A stretch of DNA of 64,000 bases from Bacteroidota bacterium (GTDB lineage: Bacteria > Bacteroidota > Bacteroidia > Bacteroidales > GCA-2748055): NCBI GenBank assembly GCA_039714775.1, contig JBDLIQ010000005.1:923-64922 (forward strand), read 5' to 3'. Shown here one piece after another: positions 59,439 to 64,000 of the stretch. Below the pieces are notes generated by a model, which was not told where the DNA came from, did no database searches, and saw only the letters and a program-made list of their open reading frames with translations. How positions within the stretch are numbered: the stretch's first letter is position 1; the number at the start of each line of letters is the position of its first letter. The translations under genes and the position numbers were made by a program.

Positions 59439-59511
59439 AACACCTTAAATTTGGGTAAAGTGCACATCAAGAGATGTGAAGATATAACAATGATGAACGG
59501 AAAAAGTTGTT

Positions 59512-60435
59512 TTACTCGTCCCCTTCGAAATAGGCATCAAGCACAACAGGTTCACCACATGATTGCCTGTCCATCATCGGGCTGTTTTTAAACACCGGGT
59601 AACTGATCTTTGTGTCCGGATAACCCATGTGAACCAGCATGGAGGCGACGGAAAAGATCTTGGGCCCCTGGGGAATCAGTGTAATCGAATAATCATTTCT
59701 GAGGGGCAGGATCGTGTTGATCAGGGTTTGATAGATGACCTGTCCATTGTTGATGGGGTAGGCAACCAGGTTCCTGATGGGAGTTTCATTAATCAGCGCA
59801 TGGTTGTTTATAAAGAGCTGTTCCACAAAACGTTTGTCGACAGGAGGATCGGCATAGAAGAGGTACAGCAGGTCAGGTTTCTCAATTTTCCAGATGGATT
59901 CGGATACATTGGCTTCGTGGCCCAACCCCAGGATCAGGGCCTTTTTGGGCTTTGTTCTCCTCTCTTCATTTTTTAGAAATTCCTCTATCCTTTTCACCTT
60001 TCTGGGTGATCTTTCACTTTCATATCCTGCCATGGAGTAAACGAATCTCAATCTAGCAATGCTAAAGAGATCCTGGATCTCACCAAACCATCTGAAAAAT
60101 TCATAATACCACTGCTGGGACATGCAGGTGCAATCAAAAATGAATCTGATCTCCTTCGTGGACACCTCCTTCACAATCTCTCTCACATCAGGCACATCCG
60201 TGCTCACCGGGATGATTTCGAACCCGTGTGCCTGGTAGTATGCCTGATTCTCTTTGAATGCATACTCTTTACAGCCATCGGTCTTGGTAAGGGCTATTTT
60301 CCGGCACGAAAGCCTCTCCATCTTCCGGGCAATAGTCTGGCACCTTATCTCGTGACTTAAGGTGGTGACAAATATATCAGCCTGGCAGTCAGCCAGATTT
60401 TCCGAATTAATATGATAGATGGAAGATAGCTCCAT
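59512..60435 (-). CDS. Hypothetical protein (307 aa), no recognisable motif
   Basis: The ORF is packed tightly between the serine hydrolase (30-nt gap) and the E2 gene (73-nt gap) on the same strand. Its alpha/beta-like composition has two similar-sized halves. Confidence 0.6.
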   Translation of the reverse strand: MELSSIYHINSENLADCQADIFVTTLSHEIRCQTIARKMERLSCRKIALTKTDGCKEYAFKENQAYYQAHGFEIIPVSTDVPDVREIVKEVSTKEIRFIFDCTCMSQQWYYEFFRWFGEIQDLFSIARLRFVYSMAGYESERSPRKVKRIEEFLKNEERRTKPKKALILGLGHEANVSESIWKIEKPDLLYLFYADPPVDKRFVEQLFINNHALINETPIRNLVAYPINNGQVIYQTLINTILPLRNDYSITLIPQGPKIFSVASMLVHMGYPDTKISYPVFKNSPMMDRQSCGEPVVLDAYFEGDE

Positions 60436-60464
60436 GGTTGGTCACTGATGCTTCCAAATATAGT

Positions 60465-61793
60465 TTAAAGTTTCGGGTTCGTGGCAGGAATATCGGTAAT
60501 CGGTTCAGGGCTTCCGGTCTCCATGCTGAAAAGGTCAATGGTTGGCCAGTCATGGACCCTGTTCACGGCATTGAACATCATTCCGGAGACATACCTGTGG
60601 ATCCTCGAGTGCTTGTAGGTACTTGTATTCATCATGATCACCCAGTTCAGTCCATCCTGTTGTCTGACCATCAGGGCTGAAGAACCGGTCAGGTATCCGG
60701 TGCGCCACCAGGTACCATAGTTGTCACTACCCCGCCAGCCAAAAAGCCCCTTTCCTGATTGATCAGAATCAGCCATCGCCATGATGGTCTCTTCCTTCAG
60801 AATATCGGGCTGTTCGGGGAATCCGTCGATGGCAGTCAGGAACTTGATCAGCTCGGGAGCAGAAGCGACCCATCCACCTGCCGGTCCAAGCAACTCGATG
60901 TTATTGCCCCCGTAATAGATTGGCACCTGCTCTCCGGTGCCATCTTTTGAGTAGGCAGTCATTTTTCCTGCACTGCTGTGGTAGCGAACCTCATTGGGAT
61001 ACTTTTCATAATAGTAGCTTCTTCCAATGTGCATATCATGTATATCCAGCGGCTTTAACAGGTTCATCACCACGTAATCTTTATAAGCCATGCCACTTTT
61101 CCTGGCCACAATCTCACCAAGTATACCGTATCCAAGGTTCGAATAGCTGTACCGGGTTCCCGGGTTGTAATTGAGCCTTCGGGAGAGTGCAAACTGAAGC
61201 ACTTCATTGAACTGTGCCGGTGCATCAACATCCATTTTTCTGGCAATGTAGAGGGAGCTAAACATGGGATCGCCCGAATACCTTGACCATCCGGCCGTAT
61301 GGTTCAGAAGGTGCCTGATGGTTATCTGCTCAAGCCGGTTATCCCTGTATGTCAGATAAACAGAGTCATTTAGGATTCCATTTTTCCCGAACACCTGATC
61401 ATCAAGATCAAGAGCTCCATCTTCATAAAGTTTCATGACCGCAACGGCTGTAATCAGCTTGGATACAGAGGCGATCCGGAAGAGGTGGCCCGGCTGCACC
61501 ACTTCTCCTGTTTCTGTATTGGCAATTCCAAACCCCTTGGCATACACCAACCGCTCTTCGCTGGTGATGGCCAGGCTGGCACCTTGAATTTTCCACTTCT
61601 TCAGAAAAGCGTTTACATTCTGATCTATAACATCGGTCTCCTGGTAATCCGAAAACCGGTTATCAAGCATCAACGAGAGTGGCACCTCCTTGTCATTGAG
61701 CAACGAGGGATATCCCTTATCTGATAAGGTAATTGCAATCTCACCAAAAAAGAAGAGGAGAAGAAGGAACAAGAAAATCAATAATTTCTTCAC
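60465..61793 (-). CDS. Serine hydrolase, beta-lactamase (class C/PBP-like) family
   Basis: N-terminal anchor, SxxK motif in FRIASVSKLITAV, and YSN in YSYSNLGY. GTG start. Confidence 0.85.
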   Translation of the reverse strand: MKKLLIFLFLLLLFFFGEIAITLSDKGYPSLLNDKEVPLSLMLDNRFSDYQETDVIDQNVNAFLKKWKIQGASLAITSEERLVYAKGFGIANTETGEVVQPGHLFRIASVSKLITAVAVMKLYEDGALDLDDQVFGKNGILNDSVYLTYRDNRLEQITIRHLLNHTAGWSRYSGDPMFSSLYIARKMDVDAPAQFNEVLQFALSRRLNYNPGTRYSYSNLGYGILGEIVARKSGMAYKDYVVMNLLKPLDIHDMHIGRSYYYEKYPNEVRYHSSAGKMTAYSKDGTGEQVPIYYGGNNIELLGPAGGWVASAPELIKFLTAIDGFPEQPDILKEETIMAMADSDQSGKGLFGWRGSDNYGTWWRTGYLTGSSALMVRQQDGLNWVIMMNTSTYKHSRIHRYVSGMMFNAVNRVHDWPTIDLFSMETGSPEPITDIPATNPKL

Positions 61794-61834
61794 AATTTAT
61801 TCAATACGAACTTTGTTAGTTCATGTTTCTGGTA

Positions 61835-61859
61835 CAAAAATACAGCTAAATCAAAAATA
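61835..61859 (-). promoter_or_regulatory. Two tandem TAnnTTTG -7 boxes upstream of the serine hydrolase gene
   Basis: On the minus strand, TATTTTTG occurs at 61852-61859 and again at 61835-61842. Confidence 0.4.
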
Positions 61860-61969
61860 TGTGAGAGTAATGCGTTGACGTGATATCAACGCTTTTGTGT
61901 TAATATCTGCAATGAACAGTCACACAGTCTCTTGTGATGCTAAAAGAGAAGGCGCGAATAGGATTCATT

Positions 61970-62530
61970 CTGTTAATAACACCCCCTCTTCGCATAAGAA
62001 TAACCACTTTGGTAGGATCTATAGCAGCCATTAACAGCAAAACTTCCTGCATTGATCAAAACAGTGATCCCGGCAGCATCAAATTGGACCGATCAGGGGT
62101 ATAAAACACGAATGGGAGCCAAATTTGCATCTGGTTCCCATTCCACTCGTTAGCTACCGTAGTCGCTAAGTCGCGCCAAGTTACTGTTATTATGACCGGA
62201 AAACCTGACCGAAGCCCTGAATTCCCTGCTGCTGTCCGACGAATCGAACAACTTGCATGATGGCTGTCCGAAGACAGTTTTTCATGCTCAACTGCTAACA
62301 ACTTCCTCCGCGTTTTCAGGTACTCTACGGTTTCCGTTTTGAATCTCCCGGTGTGCCTGTTACAGCGCACCTGGTATTCCAGTCAACAGTCCGGTCCGAA
62401 GACCGGCTGAGGCAGCTTCAATACCTGTTTAGCTGTCTCGTGACTCATGTTCACGTATCCGGGTTGCCCCGGTTACTTGTGATCTGCATCATTTAAAGAA
62501 CTGAGTGGCCTTTTATCGCTCACTTGATAG
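61970..62530 (-). ncRNA. Candidate large structured ncRNA of unassigned family
   Basis: On the minus strand there are three C(UUCG)G tetraloop hairpins (62391-62406; 62264-62277, extended to 62255-62287; 62207-62217). There is also a GCAA GNRA hairpin (62459-62472), an 8+3-bp hairpin (62110-62143), a 9-bp helix (62409-62439) and a long-range 8-bp pairing (61970-61977 with 62030-62037). No convincing ORF is present. Confidence 0.4.
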
Positions 62531-62684
62531 AATCAAATGTATAGGCTTTTTGTCCCCGCACCAAGAAAAATCGGGTTTAGAAGTAAACAATGAATAAACA
62601 TTAGTTATTAACAAACTGTTGATAACCTCAAGCTGGGATTTTATGAGTTTAATTATCAGCAATTTAATAAATAGCCTTCAAGGT

Positions 62685-63410
62685 TCAGAATAGTGTTCCG
62701 GGCGATGGATAGTTGCAGGGTTGAATAATTTCAGGGTCTGATGGATTGGCCCCGGCTCCTGAAATGGCAGGGGATACCGCGTGGGCATGCATCATTTTCT
62801 GGTCATAGGGTAATAGCAACTGCCTGGCTCTCCCCAGAGATATATCACCGGATATCCATGCTTCCTCATTCTCACGGGTGAGGATCACCGGCATCCTCTT
62901 TTTGGTGTTATGGATCTTTTCCATCAGGGGATTGGCAACGGTTGTAATGATGGAAAAGGTTCGATGGATCTCTCCGCTTTCCGGATCTTTCCATCGATCA
63001 GATAAACCGGCAAAGGCAAATGGTGTGTCATCTTTTAGTTTTATGTACCAGGGTATCCGGGCTCCCTTCAGATGCTGCCATTCAAAAAAGCCATGTGCCA
63101 GAACCAGGCAGCGGCCACGAAGAAGCGGTTCCCTGAAAGATGGTTTCTCATGCAGGGATTCGGCCCTGGCATTGTAGGTGCCTTTACGGATCTGCATCGC
63201 CCTCAGGTGGTTCCTGCTCCATGAGGGAATCAGGCCCCACTCCATCAATCCGGCCCGGTCAGGTTGATCCCCCGCTATAACAGGGATCAATGGATTACTG
63301 AAAGCCCTGTAAAAATAGTTGAAATCGAAATCATAGAGGGCCGAGGTGTCCACTGAGAACCTTGATTCAATGGCTTTTCGGGTCAGATGGATTTCTATTG
63401 TAAAACACAT
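62685..63410 (-). CDS. SOS response-associated peptidase (SRAP/YedK family)
   Basis: Starts with Met-Cys (MCFT...), as required for the catalytic Cys2. Also YNARAES and RCLVLAHGFFEW motifs. The start is at 63410, not the track's 63482. Confidence 0.88.
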   Translation of the reverse strand: MCFTIEIHLTRKAIESRFSVDTSALYDFDFNYFYRAFSNPLIPVIAGDQPDRAGLMEWGLIPSWSRNHLRAMQIRKGTYNARAESLHEKPSFREPLLRGRCLVLAHGFFEWQHLKGARIPWYIKLKDDTPFAFAGLSDRWKDPESGEIHRTFSIITTVANPLMEKIHNTKKRMPVILTRENEEAWISGDISLGRARQLLLPYDQKMMHAHAVSPAISGAGANPSDPEIIQPCNYPSPGTLF

Positions 63411-63420
63411 GTTAGTTTTA

Positions 63421-63480
63421 AGTTGAACCGATCCGCCAGCGGCGGAGAGCTCGGTGAGGCCTAAAGCCGAGCCAAAGTAC
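63421..63480 (+). repeat. Dispersed intergenic repeat, degenerate copy S
   Basis: gaaccga..gagctcggtgaggcctaaagccgagccaaagtac shares the gaaccga / gagctc / g.ga.gc.taaa.c / gccaaa.ta skeleton of copy A. Confidence 0.45.
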
Positions 63481-63601
63481 ATATTTGAAAGTAAAAAAAA
63501 CTACATTGCGTGCCTCATATTTGTATAGGTAGATGTTATCGGTGTGTTAAAAGTTAAACAATTTTGAATTAAAATTTGTTAAATGTTCAGAGCCAATTGG
63601 A

Positions 63602-64000
63602 ATGGAGCAACAAACTGAAATACTTCCCTTCTTCCCACTGGGTGTTTTTCTTTTTCCGGGAGAGGACATTCCCCTCAGGATTTTTGAACCACGGTACAAG
63701 CAGTTGATTGAGGATGTCCGTGATTCGGAGAGACACTTTGTCATCCCCTATGTGATTGACCAGGAGATACAGGAGTATGGTTGCGAAGTGATGTTGCTTA
63801 AAGTGGTTGCAGAGAATCCGGGAGGAATGATGGTTGTTACAGTGCAGTCTGTTGCAGTTGTCCGGATCAGCAGTTTTTCCAAACAGATGGAGGGAAAGCT
63901 GTACGCGGGAGGTGCCATCGACCGGCTCCCCTGTTCCATTCCGGTGGAGAGCGATGAGCTTAGACAGATGATCAGGAGTTACACCGATACATTCGATCAG
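63602..64000 (+). CDS. LON N-terminal (substrate-binding) domain protein, 3' end outside the window
   Basis: Hand translation gives MEQQTEILPFFPLGVFLFPGEDIPLRIFEPRYKQLIEDV..., the classic LON_substr_bdg start. The frame is open to the window end. It is absent from the ORF track because no stop lies within the window. Confidence 0.8.
   Translation, partial: MEQQTEILPFFPLGVFLFPGEDIPLRIFEPRYKQLIEDVRDSERHFVIPYVIDQEIQEYGCEVMLLKVVAENPGGMMVVTVQSVAVVRISSFSKQMEGKLYAGGAIDRLPCSIPVESDELRQMIRSYTDTFDQ

Noticed and set aside
61871-61899. Hairpin GCGTTGA-N7-TCAACGC followed by TTTTGTGTT on the plus strand, considered as a plus-strand terminator.
   Set aside because: No plus-strand gene or promoter lies upstream of it. 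It may instead mark the 3' end of the minus-strand candidate ncRNA, or act as an insulator before the hydrolase promoter. This is unresolved, so I did not call it as a feature.
62056-62370. 104-aa ORF in the long SRAP-hydrolase spacer.
   Set aside because: It has no motif, signal or plausible start context, and it overlaps the hairpin-dense region. I interpret the region as RNA rather than protein, though a decayed gene cannot be excluded without BLASTX.
61970-62530. Whether the structured region is RNase P RNA, tmRNA, SRP RNA or a cobalamin, TPP or SAM-I riboswitch.
   Set aside because: GGAGGAAGUUG and ACAGUAACUU loosely resemble the RNase P CR-I and CR-IV regions, but they are only about 110 nt apart, which is too short for a specificity domain, and the GAGGAAAGUCC core is not intact. 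There is no tmRNA tag or tRNA-like end, no SRP GGAA/AGCA motif, no B12 box and no CUGAGA. All of this was checked by eye only.

Overview
The window looks like a Bacteroidota chromosome. Evidence: a T9SS C-terminal sorting domain, TAnnTTTG-type -7 promoter boxes, the L28-L33-DUF4295-FtsY gene order, a TonB-dependent receptor paired with DUF4249, and no Shine-Dalgarno sites. Most of it is dense housekeeping: tRNA-Gly(CCC), cinA, rpmB, rpmG, ftsY, rimO, clpC, gyrA, two DEAD-box helicases, deoC, osmC, trpB2, csp, msrA, leuA, a fused E1 plus E2 2-oxoacid dehydrogenase, and two flavodoxins. I found no CRISPR array, transposase, integrase, rRNA or recognisable defence system. Items that deserve a second look: (1) a roughly 560-nt ORF-poor stretch at 61970-62530 (minus strand) packed with C(UUCG)G and GNRA hairpins, which I propose as an unassigned structured ncRNA; (2) a dispersed 40-60 bp intergenic repeat family with at least 5 copies, two of which start exactly at the TAG stop codon of the upstream gene; (3) a translationally coupled AmmeMemoRadiSam operon (amrS-amrB-amrA), whose function is unknown; (4) a Trp-codon leader peptide plus attenuator upstream of a stand-alone trpB2; (5) a secreted tail-fibre-like protein with about 18 copies of a 15-aa repeat and an S74 auto-chaperone domain, outside any prophage; (6) a two-gene operon of unknown function (36943-38388) and an unknown 307-aa gene embedded in the dehydrogenase operon; (7) an Nramp-like transporter in an operon with a fused 5-oxoprolinase; (8) an AT-richer segment around 16.9-22.4 kb carrying an ORF6N gene and a 1141-aa BNR/ricin/cadherin-like T9SS cargo protein. 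All functional calls rest on motifs read by eye. No database search was run.
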